Below the pieces are notes generated by a model. That model saw only the letters and a list, made by a program, of their open reading frames with translations, searched no databases and was not told the DNA's origin. From positions 22,838-86,837 of the forward strand of contig CANHQZ010000004.1 of NCBI GenBank assembly GCA_947463125.1: a stretch of 64,000 nucleotides of DNA, written 5' to 3'. Shown here in pieces: positions 7,094 to 16,047 of the stretch. The stretch is from Flavobacteriales bacterium. GTDB taxonomy: Bacteria > Bacteroidota > Bacteroidia > NS11-12g > UBA955. The translations under genes were made by a program, and so were the position numbers. The number at the start of each line of letters is the position of its first letter. The first letter of the stretch is position 1.

Positions 7094-10066
7094 TTAATAG
7101 ATGAAATTCCTCACAATATCAAAGGGGTCGTTCAAATCGAGGCGCATGCGGACAGTGGCATATTGATACCACTTAAAACCGGGATTTACATTTTTGAAAT
7201 CTGAAAAAGTCTTGCTGTAAAAAAGCGGCAGGGTAGCCTCAAAATTGGAGCTTTTACCTACCCTGGTTGAGAAACTTAAGCCACCGGCAAAGGGCAACCT
7301 TTCCGAAAGATTTGCAGAGGCCGGCACAAATGCAGCGTCAAAAAACAGCTGAACGGGTAAAAATGGCAGAACATGGGTGTTCAGATTGACCCCTGTGACC
7401 CATTTATCGGTGTTCAAGTTGGGAAACATGCGTATTCCGTTGGCACCATTCACCAGCATCTGACTCCAGTAACCATTTCCGCTGCCAAAACGGGCGCTTC
7501 GGGCTACCGCCATGTGGCTCAGCGTTGGATCGTTGGGTAAGAACTGGGGAGCGCTTATGGGTAACACAAAATTACCACTGCCTATCGGACCTCTGTAATT
7601 ATGCGTCATCGCGGAAGCATATCCTTTAGCCCTAAAGCCAATGCTCTTTTTGGATTTGTTGGGATAGGGAATAAATATTTCTGCTTCAGCGTTGCCCATC
7701 ATAAACATTCCCTCCGAATAGCTGCCCCTGCTCAATATAGCTCCTTTGTTTCCGCCTGTACTAAAGTCTACCCTGGTATTAAAAGGAAGAAGCTTTTTAG
7801 CTGATTCCCGCACCCATGAAAAGCGCATTACATCAGATTCCCATAACCGGTTGAATGCATCGTTCAGGTTATCCAGTCTTACAGCGGTTAACTCAGCTTC
7901 AAACCTGTTTGAGACCCAGGGCTTTTGTGGTTTCAGCCAAGTTCTTCCCTTCACACTGAATCGGTTGTAGGGAACGGGTTCTATACCCCTACCCAAAAAA
8001 CTGAAGCGCCTGTAGTTTAAACCTATTTCCGTAAGGGAAAAATCTCCTTTTTTATGAAAAATATTCCTCCGCAAACCCGAAAACCCTGTAATCTCTTTTG
8101 ATCTCAGGCCATACAGTGGCGCTACCCAATATTCCCAGTTGCGGCGGGGAAAGGTAAGGTTTGAAAATACCAGTCCGGGGGTGTAGCCATCGTATTTGTT
8201 CCACATGAAGAACATGGGAAATACCCAGTGCCTGTTTTGTCCGCGCGTGTACAAACCCGGGAACCCAAATTTGCCCTTGCCCCAGGTTTTGAGAACAGCA
8301 CGGCTAAGGAATGCGTCGTTGTTGGCCATGTTGCTCTCGGGCAGATAGCCGCTGGCGTTGAGCACAATTTCCTGCATTTTGCCTTTCAGTTCCACCGTGG
8401 TATCGGAATGCAACCACATTGATTCCTTTCGGGTTCCGTAGCGCCACTGCAGCTTAAACGGCAATTCATACGGGGTTTTATTATCCACCTTAACCACATA
8501 GCCTGACTTGGACTTTTTCACCGATTGTATGGCCACATCCGGTGCAGGACCTGCGAGCAGTCCGTTGAAGAACCAGTCCAGTTTTTTGCCGCTTACTTCC
8601 TCAAACACAGCCTGCAAATCGGCAGGGAGAGGATGTTTATACTGCCAATTTCTGAAATAGGTTTTCATGCAACTGTCCATTACCGAGCGACCCAGATATT
8701 CCTGTAAATAGAGAAAACGCTGGGGATTGATGGCATACACAATTGCACCGTAATTTACACCGGTATAATCTCGGCTGTGCAGATGCCCGCACTGAAACTG
8801 CCCTACATCGTGGGTGAGACGGAACGCAGCATAGCCACTGTTTGGTGAAAATTTGTCGCCGGGTGAATACTCGTCCGCGCCTTTTCCTTCGGCCTGCTGC
8901 TGATAAAACGTATTGATACTTTCATCCATCCAGGGATGTTCGCGCTCCTGGGAGCCCAGCATACCCTGAAACCAGTTGTGGCCGACTTCATGAATAATAG
9001 TGCCTTCTGAAGCGTCTGCGCAAATGGTAATCATGGGGTATTCCATGCCACCGGCGCCCTGCAATGGACCGATCACTACCGTGCAATATCGGTATGGGTA
9101 AACACCCACCCGGCGGGAATAATATTGGAGCGCTTTTTCTATGGCTGCCAGTATGGAAGCACCATTTGTGTTTTTTGATTCGTTGTAAAAAGCAAAGGTG
9201 GTTACCTCTTGCCCTCCGGGCAGGGTAGTTTTGCCTTTGGCTACCTGAAAATCAGGCTTGGCAAACCAGGCAAAGTCACTTACCTGTTTTTGCTTGTAGG
9301 TAAGGGTTTTACGCCCTGTTCTTTCGGTGGTATCGCGGCCGGTTACCAAGGAATCCAGCCAGGCAAATTCCGCAGTGTCCTGCAATTCTCCGGTAGCGGT
9401 AACACGCCAGCTGGAAGGAACATCAAGTGACACCTCATAATCTCCAAATTCACTGTAGTATTCACCTTGCTCAGCGTAAGGAAATGCATTCCAGCCATTC
9501 ACGTCATATACGGCGGGTTTGGGATACCATTGTGTGATGGAAAACAAATCTCCGTTATATCCCATGCGGCTGAACAACCAGGGAATTTTTACCCGAAAAG
9601 GGGTAGTGATGGTGATTGTTTCTCCGGTATTCAGGGTTTGTGGCAAATACAGGTAAACAATATCCGGATTTACTGAATCAGAAACATGACGGGCAGGGAT
9701 ACCATTTACCATGAAATTCAGGCTGTCCAGGGCGCCCCTTTCTTCTTCCTTCAGGTTAAAAAATTTTGTATTGCCATTGATAACAGCTTCTTTTCCATAG
9801 GCAGTGTGAAGGCCTGAAAAGGCGCTCGGCCAGATATGAAAAGGGATGCGGTTGATAGCATTGGGGCTGTTATTGGTATAAATGACCGTTTGAAAACACC
9901 GCAAAACCTTCTGTTTTTCGTCGAGGAGTACACGAATATCGTGATCTACGCGCTGCTGCCAGCCGGACTGCCGCTTCAAACGGGCATTTTGCGCCGATAC
10001 AAGTATGGGGAGAAAAGTGAGTACCGCGGGCAGAAAGCGCAGCACAGAATTGAAGAAGGCGTGCAT
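7094..10066 (-). CDS. M1-family zinc metallopeptidase with a ~400-aa C-terminal extension (putative beta-barrel)
   Basis: GGMEYPM plus HEVGHNWF (codons at 8978-8992) and a downstream WMDESINTF glutamate form the gluzincin signature. Signal peptide ...FLPILVSAQ. Start set at the ATG at 10066 because a TATTTTTG box overlaps the TTG start in the track. The protein ends in ...VRNFIY. Confidence 0.85.
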   Translation of the reverse strand: MHAFFNSVLRFLPAVLTFLPILVSAQNARLKRQSGWQQRVDHDIRVLLDEKQKVLRCFQTVIYTNNSPNAINRIPFHIWPSAFSGLHTAYGKEAVINGNTKFFNLKEEERGALDSLNFMVNGIPARHVSDSVNPDIVYLYLPQTLNTGETITITTPFRVKIPWLFSRMGYNGDLFSITQWYPKPAVYDVNGWNAFPYAEQGEYYSEFGDYEVSLDVPSSWRVTATGELQDTAEFAWLDSLVTGRDTTERTGRKTLTYKQKQVSDFAWFAKPDFQVAKGKTTLPGGQEVTTFAFYNESKNTNGASILAAIEKALQYYSRRVGVYPYRYCTVVIGPLQGAGGMEYPMITICADASEGTIIHEVGHNWFQGMLGSQEREHPWMDESINTFYQQQAEGKGADEYSPGDKFSPNSGYAAFRLTHDVGQFQCGHLHSRDYTGVNYGAIVYAINPQRFLYLQEYLGRSVMDSCMKTYFRNWQYKHPLPADLQAVFEEVSGKKLDWFFNGLLAGPAPDVAIQSVKKSKSGYVVKVDNKTPYELPFKLQWRYGTRKESMWLHSDTTVELKGKMQEIVLNASGYLPESNMANNDAFLSRAVLKTWGKGKFGFPGLYTRGQNRHWVFPMFFMWNKYDGYTPGLVFSNLTFPRRNWEYWVAPLYGLRSKEITGFSGLRRNIFHKKGDFSLTEIGLNYRRFSFLGRGIEPVPYNRFSVKGRTWLKPQKPWVSNRFEAELTAVRLDNLNDAFNRLWESDVMRFSWVRESAKKLLPFNTRVDFSTGGNKGAILSRGSYSEGMFMMGNAEAEIFIPYPNKSKKSIGFRAKGYASAMTHNYRGPIGSGNFVLPISAPQFLPNDPTLSHMAVARSARFGSGNGYWSQMLVNGANGIRMFPNLNTDKWVTGVNLNTHVLPFLPVQLFFDAAFVPASANLSERLPFAGGLSFSTRVGKSSNFEATLPLFYSKTFSDFKNVNPGFKWYQYATVRMRLDLNDPFDIVRNFIY

Positions 10067-10081
10067 TGTATACAAACTGTG

Positions 10082-10089
10082 CAAAAATA
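10082..10089 (-). promoter_or_regulatory. -7 box TATTTTTG for M1 peptidase A
   Basis: Exact TAnnTTTG match, 15 nt upstream of the ATG at 10066. Confidence 0.5.
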
Positions 10090-10136
10090 TAGGGGCTGTC
10101 TGTGAACCAAACAGGTTTTTCGACCAATCGGCTGAT

Positions 10137-10144
10137 TATTTTTG
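10137..10144 (+). promoter_or_regulatory. -7 box TATTTTTG for the TPR/comA operon
   Basis: Exact TAnnTTTG match, 6 nt upstream of the ATG at 10151. This argues against the TTG at 10142 used by the track. Confidence 0.5.
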
Positions 10145-10150
10145 ACGGCG

Positions 10151-11608
10151 ATGGGATTTTTTCCAAGCGATTGGGACGACGAGGAGCAGGACGACTTCAG
10201 CGGAAACGTAGAAGATCTGGTTCGCGAATTCGAGTCCAACAAAGACGCGACATTCAGTCCGCGGGAGTTGCTGGAGATATTTCGGTACTACTCCTACAAC
10301 CATTTAATGGCCAATGACAGCGGTAAAGTTTTTGTGCGCATGAAAAGCGTGCTGGAACAAGGCATTGACCAGTTTCCGTACATTCCCGTTTTTGCCATCC
10401 ACATGGCGGAGGTATTGATGCGCGAAAAAAACTACCGCATGGCCCGCCGTTACATTGCCAAAGCCCGGGAATACAGCGCCTTTGAGCCTGCTTTATTCAT
10501 GGTTGATGCAGCTATCTACGGATTGGAAGGAAGAAAGGAAAAGGCCATGGAAATGCTGAAAGAAGGCATGGAACTGGCCGGTGAAGACGAGCAGGCTATG
10601 GAAGATTTTTTGGAGCTGCTGATTCACTACGGACAGTTTGAACTGGCGCTTCCCGTGCTGGACAAATGTTTGGATCTGGGTGGCGACATTCATTACATCG
10701 TGGAGAAATGGCTGGGGCAAACCCATGACAAGGTCCATGTGCGGGCATTGCTGCCTATGCTGGAGCGGCTGGTAGACAAAGATCCGTATTCGGAAGAGGC
10801 CTGGTATCTGCTGGCCAATGCCTGTGCAGATTTGGATGATTATCCCCGGGCCATAGAAGCCTTTGATTTTGCCGTAACCATCAACGAAAACTTCCTGGAG
10901 GCCTGGCTGGGCTATATGGAGGCGCTGTACGAGCATGAAGATTATAACAGCTTCATAAAACACTATCAGGAGCAGTCAGAGCGTTTTCACAAGGGCGCTT
11001 TCGATGAGCTGAAGGGATTGCTGGCCTGGAGCCATTACGAAACCGGTAAGGTTAAAGAAGCCAGAACCCTGTATCACGAAGTATTGAAAAGCAGTCCGGA
11101 GGACAGCGAAAGCTGGTATAGTATGGGGCTTACCTGGCATTATGAGCAGGAATATGCCAAAGCCATTCCCTATTTGGAGAAGGCCTGGGAGCTGAATCCT
11201 TCGGAAGCCGATTACGGCATTGTGCTGGCAGCGGCATACTTTGGCACACACAAAGCTGAAAAATGGGAACCTTTGTATGAAGTGTTGTCGGATGATTTTC
11301 CCCATGAAGACGAGGTGTGGCTGGACTGGGGGGTAGCCCTGCACGAAACCGGACAATCGGACCGTGCGCTGGAAATTACACAGGTCGGAATTAAACACAA
11401 TCCGGGTAATACGAAATTGCTGTACCGTATGGCCGCACTGTGCTATCTGACAGGCCAGCAGGCAGCGGCGACATACTTATTGGAAACTGCCTTGTCGATA
11501 AACGCAGAAGAACACGTTCAAATGTTTATTTTTGCACCGGAATTGAAGAAAGCAGGCAGTTTACTTAGGTTGATTGCCCGTTTTACCAATCCGGGATTGC
11601 AAACATGA
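10151..11608 (+). CDS. Tetratricopeptide (TPR) repeat protein
   Basis: 485 aa with an acidic N-terminus and repeated A/Y/W-rich 34-aa helical units (EEAWYLLANACADLDDYPRAIEAFDFAV, SESWYSMGLTWHYEQEYAKAIPYLEKAW). Confidence 0.8.
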   Translation: MGFFPSDWDDEEQDDFSGNVEDLVREFESNKDATFSPRELLEIFRYYSYNHLMANDSGKVFVRMKSVLEQGIDQFPYIPVFAIHMAEVLMREKNYRMARRYIAKAREYSAFEPALFMVDAAIYGLEGRKEKAMEMLKEGMELAGEDEQAMEDFLELLIHYGQFELALPVLDKCLDLGGDIHYIVEKWLGQTHDKVHVRALLPMLERLVDKDPYSEEAWYLLANACADLDDYPRAIEAFDFAVTINENFLEAWLGYMEALYEHEDYNSFIKHYQEQSERFHKGAFDELKGLLAWSHYETGKVKEARTLYHEVLKSSPEDSESWYSMGLTWHYEQEYAKAIPYLEKAWELNPSEADYGIVLAAAYFGTHKAEKWEPLYEVLSDDFPHEDEVWLDWGVALHETGQSDRALEITQVGIKHNPGNTKLLYRMAALCYLTGQQAAATYLLETALSINAEEHVQMFIFAPELKKAGSLLRLIARFTNPGLQT

Positions 11609-12384
11609 ACCACGAATTATTCAACTTAGCCCAACTGCCTGAACGCAGTTCAAAACCCCGTGAAAGCGGCCTGACCATGGTTATGGACAAAGGTCTGAGC
11701 ATGCGGGAAGCCGAAGATTTTCTCGGTAATGGCAGTACGTATACAGACATCATAAAACTTGGCTTTGGAACCGGTTTTGTAACCCCAAACCTCCAGGACA
11801 AAATCAATCTGTACAAATCAGCAGGGATTCCTGTTTATTTCGGCGGAACCCTTTTTGAAGCCTATGTGGTGCGCAACCAGTTTGAAGATTACCTGAGGCT
11901 GCTGGATAAAACCGGAATAGACTATGCCGAAGTAAGCGATGGCAGTATTGAAATGCACCACGATACTAAATGCGAATACATCCGCAAACTGGCGCAAAGG
12001 GCAACGGTGCTGAGTGAAGTAGGCAGTAAAGACGCCGAAAAGATTATTCCTCCGTATGAATGGATTGAGCAGATGGAGAGCGAAATCAGTGCGGGAGTAT
12101 GGAAAGTAATAGCCGAAGCCAGGGAAAGCGGAACAGTCGGTATTTTCCGCGGAACCGGGGAGGTGAGAAGCGGTCTGGTGGCAGAAATTATCCGCAAAAT
12201 ACCATTGGAAAAAATTGTTTGGGAAGCACCTTTAAAATCACAACAGGTATGGTTCATCAAACTGTATGGCGCCAATGTAAATCTGGGCAATATTGCTCCC
12301 AATGAACTTCTGGCTCTGGAAACCCTCAGACTGGGTTTAAGAGGCGATAGTTTCTTCTTTTTCCTGGAAAACAATCCAGCATAA
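11605..12384 (+). CDS. comA: Phosphosulfolactate synthase (ComA family)
   Basis: PERSSKPRESGLTMVMDKGL, IIKLGFGT, VYFGGTLFE, IDYAEVSDGSIEM and EVGSKD match the ComA (2R)-phospho-3-sulfolactate synthase family as I know it. The start overlaps the TPR stop (ATGA). Confidence 0.8.
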   Translation: MNHELFNLAQLPERSSKPRESGLTMVMDKGLSMREAEDFLGNGSTYTDIIKLGFGTGFVTPNLQDKINLYKSAGIPVYFGGTLFEAYVVRNQFEDYLRLLDKTGIDYAEVSDGSIEMHHDTKCEYIRKLAQRATVLSEVGSKDAEKIIPPYEWIEQMESEISAGVWKVIAEARESGTVGIFRGTGEVRSGLVAEIIRKIPLEKIVWEAPLKSQQVWFIKLYGANVNLGNIAPNELLALETLRLGLRGDSFFFFLENNPA

Positions 12385-12420
12385 AAAAAGGATGCTTTTC
12401 GCATCCTCTTTTTGTTTTCT
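12384..12420. terminator. Bidirectional intrinsic terminator between convergent comA and thioredoxin genes
   Basis: AAAAAA-AGGATGC-TTTTC-GCATCCT-CTTTTTGTTTT: a 7-bp GC-containing stem (12389-12395 / 12401-12407) flanked by an A-run and a T-run. Confidence 0.65.
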
Positions 12421-12439
12421 GTAAATAATTTACACAGGG

Positions 12440-12895
12440 TTATTTAAACTTATTAATCAGGGCCAGAATCTGGTCTTTATCATGGTAGCCAATGGCATTG
12501 GCGATTACCTGTCCTTTCTTAAAGAAAATCAGTGTCGGGTAACCTTCGAGGTTATAACGGCTGCTGATTTCCGGCTGGGCTTCAGCGTCTATGCTGAGCA
12601 CGGTAACCACATCCTTTTTCTCTTCTTTAACCTGCTCAACAAAAGGGGCCATGCGTTTGCAGGGTCCGCACCAAACGGCGTAAAAGTCTACCATAACCAG
12701 TTTGTCGCCGGCAATTAATTTGTCAAAATCCTTGATGGGGATTGTACCGGCTGCCTCCGGCTGTTCTGCTTTGGATTCGCGGATTTCCACCCCGTCTTCA
12801 TGCGTTTCGGCAGTTTTGCTCTGGCAGGCATAGAGGGTATAGGAAGCTGCCAGAATGGACAGCAGGGTAAGCAAACGGAAAATGTTCTTTTTCAT
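12440..12895 (-). CDS. Exported thioredoxin lipoprotein
   Basis: Signal peptide with lipobox (TLYAC) and the thioredoxin active site WCGPCK in a ~105-aa C-terminal Trx fold. Confidence 0.85.
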   Translation of the reverse strand: MKKNIFRLLTLLSILAASYTLYACQSKTAETHEDGVEIRESKAEQPEAAGTIPIKDFDKLIAGDKLVMVDFYAVWCGPCKRMAPFVEQVKEEKKDVVTVLSIDAEAQPEISSRYNLEGYPTLIFFKKGQVIANAIGYHDKDQILALINKFK

Positions 12896-12902
12896 GGTAG
12901 CA

Positions 12903-12910
12903 CAAATTTA
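12903..12910 (-). promoter_or_regulatory. -7 box TAAATTTG for the thioredoxin gene
   Basis: Exact TAnnTTTG match, 7 nt upstream of the ATG at 12895. Confidence 0.5.
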
Positions 12911-12925
12911 GTGCAAGTAATGCAA

Positions 12926-12933
12926 TAATTTTG
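12926..12933 (+). promoter_or_regulatory. -7 box TAATTTTG for the GT2 gene
   Basis: Exact TAnnTTTG match, 5 nt upstream of the ATG at 12939. Confidence 0.5.
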
Positions 12934-12938
12934 CCAAT

Positions 12939-13883
12939 ATGTCATCATCCCCCACCTTGTCGGTTGTAATACCGGTATACAACGAAGAAATGAACATAGG
13001 AAAGCTTTACCAGCGGCTTTGCAGCGCATTAAAACCGCTGAACACTGACTGGGAGGTGGTGTATGTAAATGATGGATCCAAAGACCGATCGTTATCCATA
13101 TTGCAGGGACTGGCAGAATCTGACAGCCATGTAAAATACATTGATTTTTCAAGGAATTTCGGGCATCAGCTGGCCATCACGGCGGGCATTGAACACGCCA
13201 AAGGCGAATGGATTGTCATTATGGACGGAGACGGACAGGATCCGCCGGAACTGATTCCGGATTTGCTTGACAAGGCCAAGGAAGGCTTTGAAGTAGTGTA
13301 CGCAAGACGAAGAAAAAGAGACGGTGAAAATTTTTTGAAGAAGTTTACTGCGCGGATGTTTTACCGTATTCTGGCAAAAATTACGAGCATAGAAATTCCT
13401 GTCGACACAGGAGATTTTCGCATCATACACCGCAAAATTCAGCGCATTTTGTCAAAAATGCCCGAGCAGCACAAATATATCCGCGGACAAATCAGCTGGA
13501 TTGGTTTTAACCAGACCTTTCTGGAATACGACCGGGAAGAACGCATGGGCGGCGCTACCAAATTTACCTACCGAAAAATGATGCGTTTTGCCCTGGACGG
13601 CATCAGCAGTTTCAGTACCTGGCCACTCAAAGTGGCTACGATATCCGGCTTTATCGTTTCGGCTGTGGCTTTTGTGCTGATTATATACAGCCTGTACCAG
13701 AAGTTTTTTGGAAGCACGGAACCCGGCTGGACCAGCCTGCACATTTCGGTGTTGTTTCTTGGTGGTATTCAGCTCATCGGCATTGGCATGCTTGGTGAGT
13801 ATCTGGGCAGGGTGAGCGACAATGTAAAAAACAGGCCACACTACATTGTAAGAGACAGCAATATTGCCGATGCGGAGGATTAA
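12939..13883 (+). CDS. Family 2 glycosyltransferase, polyprenol-phosphate sugar transferase type (ArnC/DPM1-like)
   Basis: LSVVIPVYNEE, YVNDGSKD, MDGDGQDPPE (DxD) and two C-terminal TM helices. Confidence 0.85.
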   Translation: MSSSPTLSVVIPVYNEEMNIGKLYQRLCSALKPLNTDWEVVYVNDGSKDRSLSILQGLAESDSHVKYIDFSRNFGHQLAITAGIEHAKGEWIVIMDGDGQDPPELIPDLLDKAKEGFEVVYARRRKRDGENFLKKFTARMFYRILAKITSIEIPVDTGDFRIIHRKIQRILSKMPEQHKYIRGQISWIGFNQTFLEYDREERMGGATKFTYRKMMRFALDGISSFSTWPLKVATISGFIVSAVAFVLIIYSLYQKFFGSTEPGWTSLHISVLFLGGIQLIGIGMLGEYLGRVSDNVKNRPHYIVRDSNIADAED

Positions 13884-15384
13884 ACCCATATATGGTTTCT
13901 GGCTCATCTGGATTGTTTTAAGCACCTATCTGGGTATTTTCAGGGCCCTGCCCAAATCGCCTGAAAGTGTGCATCAGGGAGCGCAGTGCGACAGAGCCTG
14001 TGTGGCATGGAATTATTACCACGAAGACATGAATTTCTTTTTACCCCGGGTATCGGAAGACCGGCAATCCGAGGGCATCACAGGGATGGAATTTCCCGTT
14101 ATTCCCTATACCGTAGCGCTGTTATACAAGGTTTTCGGACCCCATGATTTCATTTACCGTTTTCTGATGTATTTGCTGGTAAGCATCGGCGTTTTTCACG
14201 CCTGGAAAATTACGGGATTGTTCATGCAGCAAAACCTACACCGGCTATTGCTGGTTTTTGGGTGGTATTGTTCGCCCATTCTGGTATTTTACACTCCGAA
14301 TTTTCTGGCCGATGCGGGCGCCATGTCTTTTGTAATGGTGGCCTGGTACCATTTGCTGCAGCGAATTTATGGCATTGAACCTGCGCGCAATCTGCGCCGG
14401 TTTGCCCTGTGGATGAGCCTTGCAGGCTTGCTGAAAATTTCTTTTCTCATATACGGTATAGCGGCATTTTTACTCCTGTTTTTATGGCGTTTTTTCAAAA
14501 ATCAGCCGCTGCAGATTGTCTTTTCGCGCCGAGACTTTTTCTGGATGACCAGTCCATTCATCCCGGTTGTAGCCTGGTATGGTTATTCAGGCTGGCTCAC
14601 ACGCAAAACATCCAACATGCATTTTCTGCAAAGTATGAATCCGGCCGCATCCTTTGCCGAGTTCTTTCAAAACACACAAAATGCGCTCAACAATTGGGAT
14701 GAAAGCCTGTACAGACATGGTTTTTTTGGGTATTTCTTAATTGTACTTTGTGTGGTATTGATCTTTCGCATGCGCGAATCTCTGCTTCCGGGGTTGGCTG
14801 CAGCCCTTATGCTGTTAGGATTTGGGACCATCTGGATTTTATTTAACAAACAGTTTTTATACCACGATTATTATTTCATCCTGATTTACCCGGCCGTGTT
14901 TTTTGGCTGGCTTTTTTTGCAGCAGTTGTTTCAGGAGCAGCGCACGGTATTGATGGGATGTTTACCTGTAGTTATGGGTATTGCTTTTTGGGTTATACCA
15001 TTTATAAACGCAGGCCATTCATCGCACATGATGAACCGACGGTATGCCACCGGTGATTACTACCATCAGAATGCGTTTGCAGCAGCAGAGGAACTGGTTG
15101 AACAGGCGGATACACTTGTCAAAGTTATACCTGCGGGTGCACGTGTTTTTTATGCCTTTGACAACACCCCGAATACCGCTCTGTATCTGTTAAAAAAACG
15201 GGGTGTGCGCATCAGCACAGATTTTGGTCCTGAGATTACAGCGGATATTATGGCCAAATCACGGGCGAAGTATCTGGTGCTGAACGACACGGCATTATGG
15301 TTCAGCCGCTACGAGCCTTTGCTGAAAACAAGGGCCCGAGCGGTGTACCATCAGAAAAACACACACGTCTATAGGTTGCCCTGA
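13864..15384 (+). CDS. Polytopic membrane glycosyltransferase, GT39/ArnT-like (tentative)
   Basis: 506 aa with about 10 predicted TM segments and a soluble C-terminal domain. It overlaps the GT2 gene by 20 nt, the classic ArnC/ArnT-type pairing. The family call rests on architecture only. Confidence 0.6.
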   Translation: MPMRRIKPIYGFWLIWIVLSTYLGIFRALPKSPESVHQGAQCDRACVAWNYYHEDMNFFLPRVSEDRQSEGITGMEFPVIPYTVALLYKVFGPHDFIYRFLMYLLVSIGVFHAWKITGLFMQQNLHRLLLVFGWYCSPILVFYTPNFLADAGAMSFVMVAWYHLLQRIYGIEPARNLRRFALWMSLAGLLKISFLIYGIAAFLLLFLWRFFKNQPLQIVFSRRDFFWMTSPFIPVVAWYGYSGWLTRKTSNMHFLQSMNPAASFAEFFQNTQNALNNWDESLYRHGFFGYFLIVLCVVLIFRMRESLLPGLAAALMLLGFGTIWILFNKQFLYHDYYFILIYPAVFFGWLFLQQLFQEQRTVLMGCLPVVMGIAFWVIPFINAGHSSHMMNRRYATGDYYHQNAFAAAEELVEQADTLVKVIPAGARVFYAFDNTPNTALYLLKKRGVRISTDFGPEITADIMAKSRAKYLVLNDTALWFSRYEPLLKTRARAVYHQKNTHVYRLP

Positions 15385-15927
15385 TTACAGGGTAAAGACC
15401 TTGGGCTGTCCGCCCTGCTCTACATTATACTTCTCATAGGCGGCAGGATCCACCAATGGTTTGTGTGGCTGACTTTCATACTGAGCGCGGCTTTTATACA
15501 CTTTTCCATTGGGTGCCAGAAATCCTCTCAACAGTACGGGCCGGGCATTGGCAAGGCTGCCTCCATGAGAAGCTGCTTCCAGCATACTTATGCGCATGAG
15601 TTCAGCGTAGTAATCGCCGGTTTTGTTGATGCCGCGCACCGGAAAGGAAACCCCTACCCTATTGCCAATATCACGCGCAGCTGCTTCATCCAGGGTAGCA
15701 ATCATGCCGTTTCCAAACTGAAAAATAAACAATCCGAATTCTTCAACCTCATCGGTGGCAGGTGCGCCCCAGGCAGCCTCGGGAGCCGGGGCTGCTGAAT
15801 CATATTCAGGCTGATGCCATGGATCCTGTGCTTTCAGAAAATAAAAAGAGAGTAAAAACCCCATCAACAGGACGGTTTTTTTGCCGGTGTGATCGGCCAT
15901 TTGGTAAGGAAATACGAGCGTTTTCAT
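15385..15927 (-). CDS. Hypothetical secreted protein
   Basis: Signal-like N-terminus (KKTVLLMGFLLSFYFLKAQ). No family recognised. An alternative start is the ATG at 15900. Its stop directly abuts the stop of the convergent GT39-like gene. Confidence 0.5.
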   Translation of the reverse strand: MKTLVFPYQMADHTGKKTVLLMGFLLSFYFLKAQDPWHQPEYDSAAPAPEAAWGAPATDEVEEFGLFIFQFGNGMIATLDEAAARDIGNRVGVSFPVRGINKTGDYYAELMRISMLEAASHGGSLANARPVLLRGFLAPNGKVYKSRAQYESQPHKPLVDPAAYEKYNVEQGGQPKVFTL

Positions 15928-16047
15928 GGTTTGTCATCAATAAGAAATTAAACATAATACCCTACGGTAAACTTTGATTGTGAATACAATAGCGGTAGTA
16001 TACGTCAAACCATACACCCCAATAACTGCGGAAAAGGGAACTTTATT

